Origin: a virus
IMG/VR virus record: IMGVR_UViG_3300025705_000581
Length of the DNA: 64,000 bases
Strand: one strand, 5' to 3'
In this document: one piece after another, positions 35,479 through 46,216 of the stretch
How positions within the stretch are numbered: position 1 is the stretch's first letter
How the letters are laid out: each line of letters begins with the position of its first letter
Position numbers and translations under genes: made by a program
The notes under the pieces: generated by a model
Databases searched by the model: none
What the model was told of the DNA's origin: nothing
The model's input: only the letters and a program-made list of their open reading frames with translations

Positions 35479-36684
35479 TTAAAGTGCTTCTCTTGCAAAT
35501 CCTACGATTTCATCATAGCCTGCTTGATCTTTTTTCATAACGGATTCCATTTGTTTACGGTTTTTTGTATTCAGACCTTTAAACATTGAATTAAGCAACT
35601 TGGCATCCTGAGATGAAACCCTAGTTGATTTGCCGTTGTCAAATTTAAAATTACCAGGTCTTACTGCCTCATCTAAATTAACACTCTCATTTTTTTCCCA
35701 AGGTGCTTTTTTCAATGTGACTGCTTTTTTGCCAGCTTTGGTTGAGGCTGTTGCTTTATCCAATTCTTTTGCAAGTGCAGCACTTTGACTTTCTTTCACA
35801 CCACCGCCAAGAGCTCTTCTGATTAACTCATTTGCTTTAACTTTTTTGGTTTCAGACATCTTATCCATGCCGTGATCGTCTGTTTGCTTTGCTTTTGTTG
35901 TTCTCATAACTGTGCGAGTTTTGCCATCAGGACCAGTCATAGTTACTGGTTTTTTTGTAGCAGCTTGAGTTGTTTCCTCAAGTTCTTCGCCCATTGACAT
36001 TACTTCGGCTGTTGCATAACTGTAAAGTGTTTGCATTTCTTTTGCCACACCTGCCAATTTGTTTTGAAACCATTCTTCAGGATCTGATGTTTTTGACACA
36101 TATGCCGCAATACCTTGCATTGCGTGTGACATTGAACGCAAAGCATTCATCATCATTGGCTTTTCTTCCATTGGGTTTTCAGCAAGATCAACATCTTCTT
36201 TCATAGAATTTTTATATAGATCCAATGCTTTTGCATATTTTGGATTTTTCATCATACGTTTTGATTCACCGTGATCTGGATTATCGTGTGCCATACGGAC
36301 CGTAGGCTCATCCAAGGAATGCTTTTTCATATGCTTCTTATATATATTCCACTTTTTAGAGTCTACACTTGGCCCGAATCTATTTCTCATCGGGGTCATT
36401 GAACGTGAGATCTCATCAATTTGTTCTGCTTCTTCGCCTAACTTACGACCGCCACCTGCATCTGAACCAGTTTTCTTGATATATGCTGAGTCATAGTTTG
36501 CATCAGTGCCATCATCGGCTGGACGCTTTTTCTTAGTTTTACCTTTGATCTCACCAGTAAACTGATCGTCTGGTGCAACCGGATGTTTAACCGTTTCAGC
36601 ATCGTGCATATCTTTAAAGCGATTATTTTCGTCGGAGCGGTTATGCTTCGATACTTCAGATAGTTTTTGTTTAAAAGACTTCAT
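35479..36684 (-). CDS. putative prohead core/internal head protein (gp67/gp68 position)
   Basis: Between gp20 and gp21; highly charged; several IxE/LxE motifs. Confidence 0.55.
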   Translation of the reverse strand: MKSFKQKLSEVSKHNRSDENNRFKDMHDAETVKHPVAPDDQFTGEIKGKTKKKRPADDGTDANYDSAYIKKTGSDAGGGRKLGEEAEQIDEISRSMTPMRNRFGPSVDSKKWNIYKKHMKKHSLDEPTVRMAHDNPDHGESKRMMKNPKYAKALDLYKNSMKEDVDLAENPMEEKPMMMNALRSMSHAMQGIAAYVSKTSDPEEWFQNKLAGVAKEMQTLYSYATAEVMSMGEELEETTQAATKKPVTMTGPDGKTRTVMRTTKAKQTDDHGMDKMSETKKVKANELIRRALGGGVKESQSAALAKELDKATASTKAGKKAVTLKKAPWEKNESVNLDEAVRPGNFKFDNGKSTRVSSQDAKLLNSMFKGLNTKNRKQMESVMKKDQAGYDEIVGFAREAL

Positions 36685-36711
36685 AACGCCTCTCCTAAAT
36701 TGATTTAATTC

Positions 36712-36719
36712 TATTTATC
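36712..36719 (-). promoter_or_regulatory. late promoter-like box
   Basis: GATAAATA upstream of core gene. Confidence 0.6.
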
Positions 36720-36722
36720 ATT

Positions 36723-38240
36723 TTATTCTTCTTCAGGCTCATCAGGATATTCAGCCTTTTCAGCTTCAATCTGTTCCTTCATATCTTTCATTTCATCATC
36801 TGACATCTGAAGGACGTTACGGATAACCCATTCTCTTGAATAATAAACACCAACATGGTCTTCAACATCACGTAGTGTTTGCATACGCTCACGGATAATT
36901 TCTGCTTCTTTTAATTCTTCAAAGTAATTGTCATTGATAAAGTCGTAACGAATAGCATTTTTGATCTGTGCAAATTCTTCAGGTGTCATAATACCTTTAA
37001 GGATCAATTGTCTTTCGAGCATAATAGTAAACAATCCAGCAAACCGTGACCTAACACGGCGGATCATTTTAGTAAACTTCAATTCGTCACGAGTAATCTC
37101 TGTACTTCTACCAAAAGTATTCATTGTTTCAGGCTCAAGACGTGTTAACGGTACACGCAATGATTTAAACAACTTGTTCTTAAAGTATTGCATATTTTCA
37201 TCAGTACTTAGTGCCTGAGATGAACCTCCTGCAAGTGTATCAACTTCTGTTGACCTTTCACCGCCTCTACGAGGGAACCAAAAGTCTTCAGTCATTGTCA
37301 TCATTTTGCGGGCATCACTAATTTCACCAGTACTTGAATTATATTGTAACTTATTCTTATGGCGAACCATCATATCACGCAGATATTGTTCAGCCTTTGA
37401 TTTCGGCAAGTTACCAACATCAATATAGAAAATACGGCGTTCAGGTGCTCTCGTTAATGTATAGATAACGGTTGCATCTTCCAACATTCTCAACTGATTG
37501 AGTGGTTTAATTGCAGGATGTAGATATGACAAAACAAGGGAATTAGTTTCATTCATAAGGCCTGAAGTAACTCGAGCAACCGAGTCCTTAGCAATTTTGT
37601 AGCCTTGTGTACCTTGAGTTGCTGATGATGATCTATCGGCACCAAATCCATTTTCAGAATACATATAATATTCTGCTTTTACTTTTTTAACGGGAATACC
37701 GGAATGTTCATCCTTTGACCGTTTATCAACCTCACGAATAAGTTTAAGTTTCCGTGGATCAACATATCTTACCTCAACAATACCTTGCTTAAGGTCTTCA
37801 TTATTAATCATCATATGATAGTTTAATCTTCCGTCTACATAGAACTTGGAAAATATTTCATATGCGGTATTTTGAAAATCCAATAATGTCAGGACATTTT
37901 CAAATTCTTCAGTTACTTTATTCTTAACTTTGTCGGGAAGATCGGTATCATCTAATACGATCTCGACAGTTTTATCATCTGATGAGACACTAATTGCTTC
38001 ATTAACAACTTCATCAATGCCCTGAGTAATTTCAGGTTGCATTGCCATAACTCTATATTTTGTAACAAGCTCGGACTCTGTTTTGGCATTCCCTTCCATA
38101 TCGAGGAAGGTACCATAAAAGCCACCCATAGCATTGCCGACGGTAATAGCACCGTCATCGTTTTGCGGTTCAGCAAAGGAGACCGGAACATTGTCGGACT
38201 CCTCTACTTCACGCTTGATTTCAAAACCAAAAATTCTCAT
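36723..38240 (-). CDS. gp20: portal protein
   Basis: YLHPAIKPLNQLRMLEDA.VIY.LTRAPERRIFYIDVGNLPK.KAEQY, EDFWFPRRGG. Confidence 0.97.
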   Translation of the reverse strand: MRIFGFEIKREVEESDNVPVSFAEPQNDDGAITVGNAMGGFYGTFLDMEGNAKTESELVTKYRVMAMQPEITQGIDEVVNEAISVSSDDKTVEIVLDDTDLPDKVKNKVTEEFENVLTLLDFQNTAYEIFSKFYVDGRLNYHMMINNEDLKQGIVEVRYVDPRKLKLIREVDKRSKDEHSGIPVKKVKAEYYMYSENGFGADRSSSATQGTQGYKIAKDSVARVTSGLMNETNSLVLSYLHPAIKPLNQLRMLEDATVIYTLTRAPERRIFYIDVGNLPKSKAEQYLRDMMVRHKNKLQYNSSTGEISDARKMMTMTEDFWFPRRGGERSTEVDTLAGGSSQALSTDENMQYFKNKLFKSLRVPLTRLEPETMNTFGRSTEITRDELKFTKMIRRVRSRFAGLFTIMLERQLILKGIMTPEEFAQIKNAIRYDFINDNYFEELKEAEIIRERMQTLRDVEDHVGVYYSREWVIRNVLQMSDDEMKDMKEQIEAEKAEYPDEPEEE

Positions 38241-38263
38241 TTATTTCACCTTATCATATTATA

Positions 38264-38797
38264 TTAAGTGGTTGGAATACCGGTATTGCCTTCAACTCTC
38301 CATAAATCATATTGGAAGGTAACACCGAATTCTTCGATGGTATCCTGCTGTTGCCAATCCATTTGAATTCCTTCAATTGCAGTTGGGAACATTCCTTCAA
38401 AAACATATGTTCTAAGAACTGAACCATTTTTACTGAATTGAGTAATCAACCCATTTGACTTGTAATCCTGTGGCAACCCACGGACATTCGAGTCGTGTGA
38501 GTTGATTGAATTTGACCAAGCTTCCATAGCATTACGGATAGCAAAATCTTCATCGTTGATAATTGTGACCGACCAATCTGCGAATACTCTATCACCTGCG
38601 TACTTTACTTCTCTTCCAAAGTATGGTACAACATACTGACCTACTGTCGATTCTGGAATTCCCGCAGAACGGACCATGAATGGCACTTTAAAGTCAGCAC
38701 CCGGAGCGACCGGGTTAGTGATTTGAACTTCGAATAGCGTAGGACGAGCACCACCACCAACTAGCTCCGATTTGAACTGATTGATATTAAATGCCAT
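38264..38797 (-). CDS. gp19: tail tube protein
   Basis: GGARPTLFEV, PYFGREVKYAGDRVF.DW.VT..NDEDF, IEEF.VTFQYD. Confidence 0.96.
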   Translation of the reverse strand: MAFNINQFKSELVGGGARPTLFEVQITNPVAPGADFKVPFMVRSAGIPESTVGQYVVPYFGREVKYAGDRVFADWSVTIINDEDFAIRNAMEAWSNSINSHDSNVRGLPQDYKSNGLITQFSKNGSVLRTYVFEGMFPTAIEGIQMDWQQQDTIEEFGVTFQYDLWRVEGNTGIPTT

Positions 38798-38820
38798 TTT
38801 CTATTCTCCTTTTATTAATC

Positions 38821-38828
38821 TATTTATT
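38821..38828 (-). promoter_or_regulatory. late promoter-like box
   Basis: AATAAATA upstream of gp19. Confidence 0.6.
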
Positions 38829-40686
38829 AAGTTAGCTGACCAACAATTTCGTCAAACTCAATACCTGTTCTTGTTGCGATAAATGTCAATTCAATAACAT
38901 TAATAGAACGAGCAGGCTTGATAAAGATGCTTGCACGGAATTTGTTTTGATCTACAATTTCAGGAGTGTTCACAGTAGAGTCAGAAATTACTCTATAGTC
39001 AATAATACCACGTCTTCCTTGAATGTCACGTAGGAACGGATCAACAATATTTTTAAATTGTGTTTGAGTAAACTCGTCGTTTAGCTCGAATAAGAACCCT
39101 TCCGCCGCGGTAGCAATTGCTTTCTCAACTGCAATAAACAGCCTACGAACATTGAGACGGTCAAATGCCGATGCGAATGTCTGAGATGTTTTATCACCGA
39201 ACAATAATACTCCTTGTCCGATTTGAGACATTACTGGGTTAATTCCGTGACTATATAGCTGATCTCGTTGTGCTTTACTTGGATTAAATGCAAGCTTAAC
39301 AACATTCTTAATCAAACCTTTTCTAAATCCTGCAGGTGATTCCCATACTTCAACTCTTGATGCAAGACCTGCCATGTCACCGTTTAATGGTACCCAGCGA
39401 TATTGGTCGTTATATTTATCATAGCGATACTTATATCCGCTATCCATAAACATATATGAGTTCAATGGACTAATTTTATTTTTGTGTTCAATAATTTTAG
39501 TCATTTTGGCATTTGGTTTGTTTTCATCAACTGCCGCGAGTTTCGATGGTGAAACATACATTACGCAATCTTTACGTACGTCAACAATATTTGACATAAT
39601 GTAGCTTGCGTGAGTACCAGCATCATCACTCTTACCAACAAGGATACTTGAAATATCAATTTCGTTTGTATTTGTGAATTGGTCATATGCGCCGCCGATT
39701 GCTGCAAGTGTTGTGTTTGCTTCGTCAGTTGCGTTTGATCCACCTGCCATTGTTTCGTAAACAGTAAGGCTTGTGTTAGCAGTTCCGATAGCAGCTGTGT
39801 TTGCAACATTAATCCAAGATGAACCGTTTTCAATTACAGTATCAAAATATTTTAATGTGCCGTCTGCTCTTGTTGCGTTGTTTGCAGTTGATAGGTTTTC
39901 AAATGTTTCCAGGATAGTATTTGCTTTTCCTGAAATATCTCCTGTGCTATCAATAACTGCAACGTGAATATGATTTGCGTCAGGTGCACCATTGAACAAG
40001 CTATTGTATGCCCACTTAGTTTCCATTGAGATGGTAGGTAGCGAGGTTGCAGCCAAGGTGTATGAATTATCAAACGCCATGGTATACGCATAACCTGTTG
40101 TTGTATTTGCTTCGATAATTTCTGATTCTGCAACAGAAGCAACACTAAGGTTTTGATAACCTACGCTATCGTTACCTACAGTAAGTACATCACCTACAGT
40201 TACAGATGTAATTCTGTCAGCAGGTACAACTTCAAAAGTAACTGTTTTTGCGCCAAACTCAATAGTTTGCTTAACTGCTGGGTTTGAAATTTTATTTGTT
40301 GGAATATCGCCCGCAACAATTTCAACATTACCAAATCCTCCTGCGGAACAATAAGCAACACTCAATGAGTCGCCTAGTTCACCTGGATATTTTGCTGTGA
40401 AAATTGTGTTTGCTGCGGTGTTTGAACTATCGTCAGCACGTACTACCCACAACGCATTTGAATATGCGAGGAAGTCAGCAGCAGTAAACCATGTTTCGTA
40501 GTTACCATCATTTGGTTTACCAAAACGGTCTGCCAATTGTGTTTCTGCTGAGATTAAGATCGGCTCATTAACTGGACCCCAATTAAAAATGCCAGCTATC
40601 GCAGCAGGTGGTGTACTGATGGCCGGGACAACCGCCGATGCGTCGATTTCTCGAACGATGACCGAAGGACTTACGGAAAAAGCCAT
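38827..40686 (-). CDS. gp18: contractile tail sheath protein
   Basis: SPSV.VREID, FNWGP, YDKYND..RWVPLNGD.AGL, RLNVRRLF, IKPARSIN. Confidence 0.97.
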   Translation of the reverse strand: MAFSVSPSVIVREIDASAVVPAISTPPAAIAGIFNWGPVNEPILISAETQLADRFGKPNDGNYETWFTAADFLAYSNALWVVRADDSSNTAANTIFTAKYPGELGDSLSVAYCSAGGFGNVEIVAGDIPTNKISNPAVKQTIEFGAKTVTFEVVPADRITSVTVGDVLTVGNDSVGYQNLSVASVAESEIIEANTTTGYAYTMAFDNSYTLAATSLPTISMETKWAYNSLFNGAPDANHIHVAVIDSTGDISGKANTILETFENLSTANNATRADGTLKYFDTVIENGSSWINVANTAAIGTANTSLTVYETMAGGSNATDEANTTLAAIGGAYDQFTNTNEIDISSILVGKSDDAGTHASYIMSNIVDVRKDCVMYVSPSKLAAVDENKPNAKMTKIIEHKNKISPLNSYMFMDSGYKYRYDKYNDQYRWVPLNGDMAGLASRVEVWESPAGFRKGLIKNVVKLAFNPSKAQRDQLYSHGINPVMSQIGQGVLLFGDKTSQTFASAFDRLNVRRLFIAVEKAIATAAEGFLFELNDEFTQTQFKNIVDPFLRDIQGRRGIIDYRVISDSTVNTPEIVDQNKFRASIFIKPARSINVIELTFIATRTGIEFDEIVGQLT

Positions 40687-40736
40687 ATTTTTCTCCTTTA
40701 TGTATTAGAAACTTGTTTTTGTTTTATCACTGTTTC

Positions 40737-40744
40737 TATTTATA
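40737..40744 (-). promoter_or_regulatory. T4-type late promoter
   Basis: TATAAATA upstream of gp18. Confidence 0.8.
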
Positions 40745-40755
40745 AATGTTCCGAT

Positions 40756-42360
40756 TTACAGCACCAACCCATTATCATCGTCAGCCCAATCCCCGCCTGT
40801 ATCAATAAACCCAAATGGAAGCATTTCCTCATCTATTTGTTCTTCGGTTTTTTCTCTAAGCTTTGCTAACGTGTGTATATCAGATAATTCTCTAAAATAG
40901 TCTTGGCTAGTAAACCAAGCAAATATTACCAAGTTCATTACCAGGTCATCGTGTGCACCTGGCTCTGCCTCATATGAATTTCCTTTCCGTGAAAACCGAG
41001 ACAGTTCTTGTATTGTGTCATAATCCCGCAGTAATACTTGATCTTGCTCTACTAACATTTTTAGCATTTGGCAACCAGTACCCTTTACGAGTTTTGTTGT
41101 TCTTATTCCATTATCTAATCTTTTACCACCAAATCCTGCCGAGACACGTTTACCTTTTGCGCCTGCGTTTTCGGTGTATAATAAGTTTTCATAACCTAGA
41201 TCCATTAAAAGAACATCACTCACTTGTTCTCCAATGTCATTAATTTCTATTAAAACACTTGCTTCATTATAAACAGTACCTATTCTATATATAATAGATG
41301 CAAAATCTACAGGTGTAACAAAGTTATCTCGGAATACACAAACCTGTTCGTAAGGCATAGTTGTAGCATCAAGTACTGTAAATGTTGAGTAATCTAATCC
41401 TTTACCTCGAGATACGTCAACCGTCATTACATATGAGTGTTCAGCAATTGGTTTTGCATATTGAGAAATACCTTCAGCCTGGTGTAAAGGTTTGTCATAT
41501 GCTAAGGTTTTAAGTTTTGCACCATTAATAAGTGTACCTGAACTGCCTAGAAACTGGCAACAGTACTCTTGGTTGAACTTTTCTTCATCATAATCAAGTG
41601 CCTCGAGTGTTTCCTGTTTCCATTTCTCATCACGTCCTGGAACATCATCCCACATAACTTCAGTATACTCATAACCGTTTGTACCTTCTTTTGCACCTTT
41701 ACAAGTTTTCCAAAAATGGTTTAACCCATTAGGTGTAGAAGTCATCAGAAGTTTTGTTGACTCGCCAGACGAGATAGTAGGATAAACAGATGCGAAAAAA
41801 TCGTCGTATCCTTCAATAAATGCAACCTCATCAAGGTATAGAAAATTAACAGACTTACCACGAATTGCGCTCGAAGACGTAGTACCTGCCAAAACTTGGC
41901 AACCATTTTCAAGTGCAATATTTCCTTTGTTCCATTCTTCAATTCCTTGTTGAAGCCATTTAGGTAATGCTTCATATGCTAACTTGACACGAGCCATAAC
42001 TTCCCTTGAAGCATCGCCTTTGTTTGCCAAAATAGCAACTGTTTTAAATTCATTAAATAAAATATAGTGTAAAATGATAGCAACCGCAGTTGTTGTTTTA
42101 CCTGACTGACGTGCTGTTAATACCGCGACGCGGCGATTATTTGTAATCTTTTCAACAATTTCTTCTTGATAGTTATACATATTAAACGGTACAAGACCAC
42201 GGTCAACATGGACGATTTTAATATATTCCTTTGCGAAATAAATTGGATCATCCGCACATTTGGTGTATTCCTGAATAAGTTCGGCATTCCATTCAATACC
42301 TTCACCAACACGTTTAAGATGTGAGTTACCTAAGTACCCTTTATTCATCATCTTTGTCAC
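40756..42360 (-). CDS. gp17: terminase large subunit (likely start ATG 42351/42348)
   Basis: ARQSGKTT, LANK, LYLDEVAF, STPNGLNHF, DVSRGKG.DYS, HDDLVM. Confidence 0.97.
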   Translation of the reverse strand: MTKMMNKGYLGNSHLKRVGEGIEWNAELIQEYTKCADDPIYFAKEYIKIVHVDRGLVPFNMYNYQEEIVEKITNNRRVAVLTARQSGKTTTAVAIILHYILFNEFKTVAILANKGDASREVMARVKLAYEALPKWLQQGIEEWNKGNIALENGCQVLAGTTSSSAIRGKSVNFLYLDEVAFIEGYDDFFASVYPTISSGESTKLLMTSTPNGLNHFWKTCKGAKEGTNGYEYTEVMWDDVPGRDEKWKQETLEALDYDEEKFNQEYCCQFLGSSGTLINGAKLKTLAYDKPLHQAEGISQYAKPIAEHSYVMTVDVSRGKGLDYSTFTVLDATTMPYEQVCVFRDNFVTPVDFASIIYRIGTVYNEASVLIEINDIGEQVSDVLLMDLGYENLLYTENAGAKGKRVSAGFGGKRLDNGIRTTKLVKGTGCQMLKMLVEQDQVLLRDYDTIQELSRFSRKGNSYEAEPGAHDDLVMNLVIFAWFTSQDYFRELSDIHTLAKLREKTEEQIDEEMLPFGFIDTGGDWADDDNGLVL

Positions 42361-42781
42361 CCTTAAGCATTTTCAATAAATCAGCGGTGGACAAAATTAA
42401 ATTATTATTAGTTACGTTTTGCTGGTCAGGTTTACCGCCATTCTTTTCTTCTTGTGCGTATTTCTTTTTAGTGGAAATATCAACATAATCTTTATTGGCA
42501 TCAAGCAAGGTTTTCATTAATGTTGAAACAACCTCAAATGCCCGTGGTGACTCAGATTGCTTTGCAATTTCAACCATTTCTTTAACGGCATCATCACCCA
42601 TTTCAATTATGTTCTTGACATTCTTTCTTGCTAATTCCATATCAGAAACATTTTCATCATCAGATGCAATAGCAGGAACTGATGGTTCTTCAATTGGTGC
42701 TGGGATAATTTCATTAACTTCATTTTGTATTTCACTCAAAGGCCGAATACCTAATGCCTTTGAAATATGGTCATCACTCAT
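42341..42781 (-). CDS. gp16: terminase small subunit
   Basis: PRAFEV...LMK, NNNLILSTADLLKML; synteny. Confidence 0.88.
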   Translation of the reverse strand: MSDDHISKALGIRPLSEIQNEVNEIIPAPIEEPSVPAIASDDENVSDMELARKNVKNIIEMGDDAVKEMVEIAKQSESPRAFEVVSTLMKTLLDANKDYVDISTKKKYAQEEKNGGKPDQQNVTNNNLILSTADLLKMLKGDKDDE

Positions 42782-43596
42782 TATGTATCTTCCTCATCTA
42801 TAATTGTTATGATTCCCCAATCATCTTCAAAGTCAATTTGAGTATATGGAACCGTTTGATTAATATCCGTTGTGGCAACATTAGCAGCGGTCATACCTGG
42901 CTGAAGTGTTACTTTTTCCAATAAAGGACTTGATATGTCAGAGTCCGGGGCGAACTTTGCATCAATAAATTTAATAACTTTCTTAGTTCTTTCAGGGCCA
43001 TAATACCAGCCTTTAAGTGTGAAACTCAATGTATATAGAATAGCACGACGTTCGGTATATTCACCTTCATACAAATCTTCTGTAATAACACTCTGTAAAA
43101 CAATAGGAACATCAACAGGTGGCAAATCAGGAATTAGCTTAGCACTTACAGTCCAATCAGGTTGAAAGAATGGTAGAATTTGTTCTAATATTTTTGTTGC
43201 GTCTTCTTGATACTTTGTCATAATATACAATGAAAAGTCAAGGTTATAAGGTGCACCACCATAGACATAACTTTTTGAGTCGTTAGTATCACCTACTGCT
43301 TTTGATTTCATAACTCGTTGGGTTGTACCAATTTTGCGCTCACCGTCATAAGACATACTTGTCATTTCAAATGACATTCGTGGTAATGTGATTGCTGACT
43401 TACGGTTTAAACCTGGATCTTGTTCAACTCTTGATAGTATCTTTTGCATTGGTGCATATGAAATAGGAACAATCATTGATTGCTTTGTTACACCTGCGTT
43501 GTCGCTTCTTTCGATTGATAACTGATTAAACAAGGTACCAAATATTGCTACATATTTTCTTGTAAGACCGTTGTAAAAATGATTTGCTATTGCCAT
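42781..43596 (-). CDS. gp15: tail sheath stabiliser/terminator
   Basis: FGTLFN, VPISYAP.QK, TLPRMSFEM, EQILPFFQP. Confidence 0.93.
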   Translation of the reverse strand: MAIANHFYNGLTRKYVAIFGTLFNQLSIERSDNAGVTKQSMIVPISYAPMQKILSRVEQDPGLNRKSAITLPRMSFEMTSMSYDGERKIGTTQRVMKSKAVGDTNDSKSYVYGGAPYNLDFSLYIMTKYQEDATKILEQILPFFQPDWTVSAKLIPDLPPVDVPIVLQSVITEDLYEGEYTERRAILYTLSFTLKGWYYGPERTKKVIKFIDAKFAPDSDISSPLLEKVTLQPGMTAANVATTDINQTVPYTQIDFEDDWGIITIIDEEDT

Positions 43597-43597
43597 G

Positions 43598-44269
43598 TTA
43601 ATCGCCTATACTTATGTTTTCACTAAACGGATCAATCTCTGAGAAGTCAAGGATATCGTCACCTTCTGTTTCAAAGAATGTGTTCTGTGCAATTGGATCG
43701 GTGTTTGCCAATGCCGTAAGTGTTGTTGGTGTAGTAGGATCAATATCAGCAAAGAACGTATCAATGTTTTCAACACCTGTCTCAAATCTTTCACCGCTAT
43801 ATTCCATCAATTCGCATCTAAGGTCATATACCTGTAACGCACCAGTTTGATAGAATACGCTTTCGTGCTCGACGTGCATAATTTTGAATATCTTTTCATT
43901 CAATGGGAAGTAAATGCAGTCACCTTCGAGTGGTCTGGTCTTTAAATGATTTTCACGAGTTGCAAATCTTTCAAATGTTCGGAATGCTACTGTGAATGTG
44001 ATTGAGTCTCTGATCTGTAAACCAAATCTTGATAGGAAGTCACCTTCACCTTCAAATCCATCTACGTTCTTAACATACATTTCCATCTGATAGGTTTCGT
44101 TAAAGATTGACAAATCGTCTTCGTTGAGTATTTCATCTTTTGCTTGAAATGCTCTTGAGATATAGATAGTGTCAAGACCATAGATTTGAATTGATTCAAT
44201 AACTAGGTCATCTACGAGATTTTGCTCATATGTGTTATCGTAATTTTGAAAATAAAGATTTGTTGCCAT
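43598..44269 (-). CDS. gp14: neck protein
   Basis: EQ.L..DL..ESIQIYG.D..YI.R, EMYV.NVDGFEG.GDFLSRFG, PLEGD.IYFP. Confidence 0.93.
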   Translation of the reverse strand: MATNLYFQNYDNTYEQNLVDDLVIESIQIYGLDTIYISRAFQAKDEILNEDDLSIFNETYQMEMYVKNVDGFEGEGDFLSRFGLQIRDSITFTVAFRTFERFATRENHLKTRPLEGDCIYFPLNEKIFKIMHVEHESVFYQTGALQVYDLRCELMEYSGERFETGVENIDTFFADIDPTTPTTLTALANTDPIAQNTFFETEGDDILDFSEIDPFSENISIGD

Positions 44270-44271
44270 GG

Positions 44272-45015
44272 TTACCCAATGAAGTTATAAGTAAGTGGTT
44301 GAAGACTTTGTATAGCATCCTCTTCCATTCTTAACTTATCTTCTCTCGCCTCCGCTAAAATTTGCTCACCGTTAAAAGACACACCGCCAACAAGCTGCAT
44401 ATTATTAAACTTGGTGAGGTTTAAACCCCATTGTTCTCTTACTAAAACTGCGGCATAATTTTGCAGCCAACGGTCCGACCAAACGTCTTCATAGAAATCT
44501 TCATCTACAACGTCATATGCTTCAACGATAATATACGTACCTACAACCCATCTCGATGGATCATTGTCAATATAAAGTTTATTAACGTGTTTGTTATAAC
44601 GGATGAGAGGTTTGCCAACAAGGATCTCTTGCATAAATTCAATATGCTGCATAGTCATATAATAGTTCTGCATTGAGTAACTTGTTAGTTCGGTGATGTT
44701 ATTTAAAACGAATTGATATTGAACATTAAACATGCCAGACCCGGTGGCAATACTTGTATCAAAATCAAATACTTTTGAAATACCGAGCAATTTTTGCGGC
44801 AATTGAATATAACCGTTTGCTTTATCGGCTTCAGTAATTTGATGTTTTAGATATACAAGTTGACTGCCGTTGTAATGGTAATCTCTCCAAAATGAAATTG
44901 CTTCATCAACACGGTCATCTACTTGTTCGTCCGACACGTTAATTTGAATAACTGGCGCACCAATCTTTCTTAAAATATGTTCTTTAAATTCATCTCTTGT
45001 TGTTGGCTGTGCCAT
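44272..45015 (-). CDS. gp13: neck protein
   Basis: LG.PVIQINV.D.Q..DR.DEA, WL..YA..L...QWG.NL.KF, GGV..NG. Confidence 0.93.
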   Translation of the reverse strand: MAQPTTRDEFKEHILRKIGAPVIQINVSDEQVDDRVDEAISFWRDYHYNGSQLVYLKHQITEADKANGYIQLPQKLLGISKVFDFDTSIATGSGMFNVQYQFVLNNITELTSYSMQNYYMTMQHIEFMQEILVGKPLIRYNKHVNKLYIDNDPSRWVVGTYIIVEAYDVVDEDFYEDVWSDRWLQNYAAVLVREQWGLNLTKFNNMQLVGGVSFNGEQILAEAREDKLRMEEDAIQSLQPLTYNFIG

Positions 45016-45025
45016 GGTTGTCCCC

Positions 45026-45358
45026 TTATGCCAGCTCTGATCTTACAATGATCTTAATGTAGCCAGTGTTTGGAAATGTTTCTGATGTTCCGTTTGTATA
45101 ATCAATTTGGAATTCGGCAGAGTGAATACCTGTGTTTGCAGTATCACCTGGTTGCCAATCATATTTGACTATTCCTTTTGATGCATTAACAACTGCACCG
45201 AGTCCGTCTGTGACAATAGATGTTCCACCTTCGGAAGTCATATGAAATTTTATAGCAGATGCATTTGTCATGGATCGTGCTCTTCCAGTTGCGTCGGTTA
45301 AAACGGCTTCAATAGAAGGAGCTGTATCGTTTTGTTTAATGTAAAAACTAGCCGCCAT
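45026..45358 (-). CDS. BppU-like Ig-fold virion protein
   Basis: IKQNDT.P.I...L.D, G.V.Y.W...DT...G....EF...Y.NG..ETFP. Confidence 0.7.
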   Translation of the reverse strand: MAASFYIKQNDTAPSIEAVLTDATGRARSMTNASAIKFHMTSEGGTSIVTDGLGAVVNASKGIVKYDWQPGDTANTGIHSAEFQIDYTNGTSETFPNTGYIKIIVRSELA

Positions 45359-45384
45359 TGTACTTTCTCCAAGTCTTTTGTTTT

Positions 45385-45392
45385 TATTTATT
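45385..45392 (-). promoter_or_regulatory. late promoter-like box
   Basis: AATAAATA upstream of 45358. Confidence 0.55.
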
Positions 45393-45400
45393 CAATGTCT

Positions 45401-46198
45401 TTAGTAGCTTTTTACTAAACGACCTTGTGATGGTCTTACGAGTGTTTCGTTTCTATAATCACGGCTGATAATTTTAACTCCTGTTCTTAAATCAGTATAG
45501 TTATTATCATCAATTCTTACACCGTTTTCACCGCTTTTTGTTGTTCGCAATCCATTCAAACTATTTAATATGTTTAACTCATTCTGTCCATCATTTCCAT
45601 TACGGAATGCAAGACCATTTAATCCTGTCCTGCTATATTCTCTTGTTGAATCATTGATTGCAACTGATGAGAGTAAAAATGGTACAACAGTATCACCTTC
45701 AAATTCTGATACTTGCGCCATTCTTGATGAAAGGCCAATTTCAAATACCTTATCAAAAATACCTTTAACAGGTACTTCACCTGTGCCTGTTGCACTAAAT
45801 GATGTTTTAGGTTTACCTCGGGCCGATACTAATACACCTGTTTGGAAATCTGTTATGAAATCAAGTGTAGTGTTTACAGTAGCACGGTTTGGTACATCAA
45901 CTTCAGTATCCGTTGTAAATGTAATTGTCTGGTTCAATGCACCTTTGATTGGTGCAATTGCTGTTGCATCTAAAATAAACGGTACGAGTACATCACCATC
46001 AAAGGCGCCTGTTGCTACGGAAGATGATGTTGATACTCCAAATGATATTCCGACATCAGCACTACCAGCAATTGGATTAAATGCTGTTGATGAAAAGGTA
46101 AAAGGTAAAGTAAATGCTAGATTACCAGATGCTGGTACTCTTACACCGTATGAAACAACGGAAAAATCTAGTGTATTACTTGAGGTCCCTGTTGCCAT
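45401..46198 (-). CDS. putative virion protein
   Basis: Thr/Ser/Val-rich beta-type sequence in late operon; GGAGG SD. Confidence 0.6.
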   Translation of the reverse strand: MATGTSSNTLDFSVVSYGVRVPASGNLAFTLPFTFSSTAFNPIAGSADVGISFGVSTSSSVATGAFDGDVLVPFILDATAIAPIKGALNQTITFTTDTEVDVPNRATVNTTLDFITDFQTGVLVSARGKPKTSFSATGTGEVPVKGIFDKVFEIGLSSRMAQVSEFEGDTVVPFLLSSVAINDSTREYSRTGLNGLAFRNGNDGQNELNILNSLNGLRTTKSGENGVRIDDNNYTDLRTGVKIISRDYRNETLVRPSQGRLVKSY

Positions 46199-46216
46199 GG
46201 AACGTCACCTCCAGGC

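Noticed and set aside
32340-45015. Introns, inteins or homing endonucleases in the head-tail core genes
   Set aside because: gp13-gp23 have ordinary lengths and uninterrupted frames
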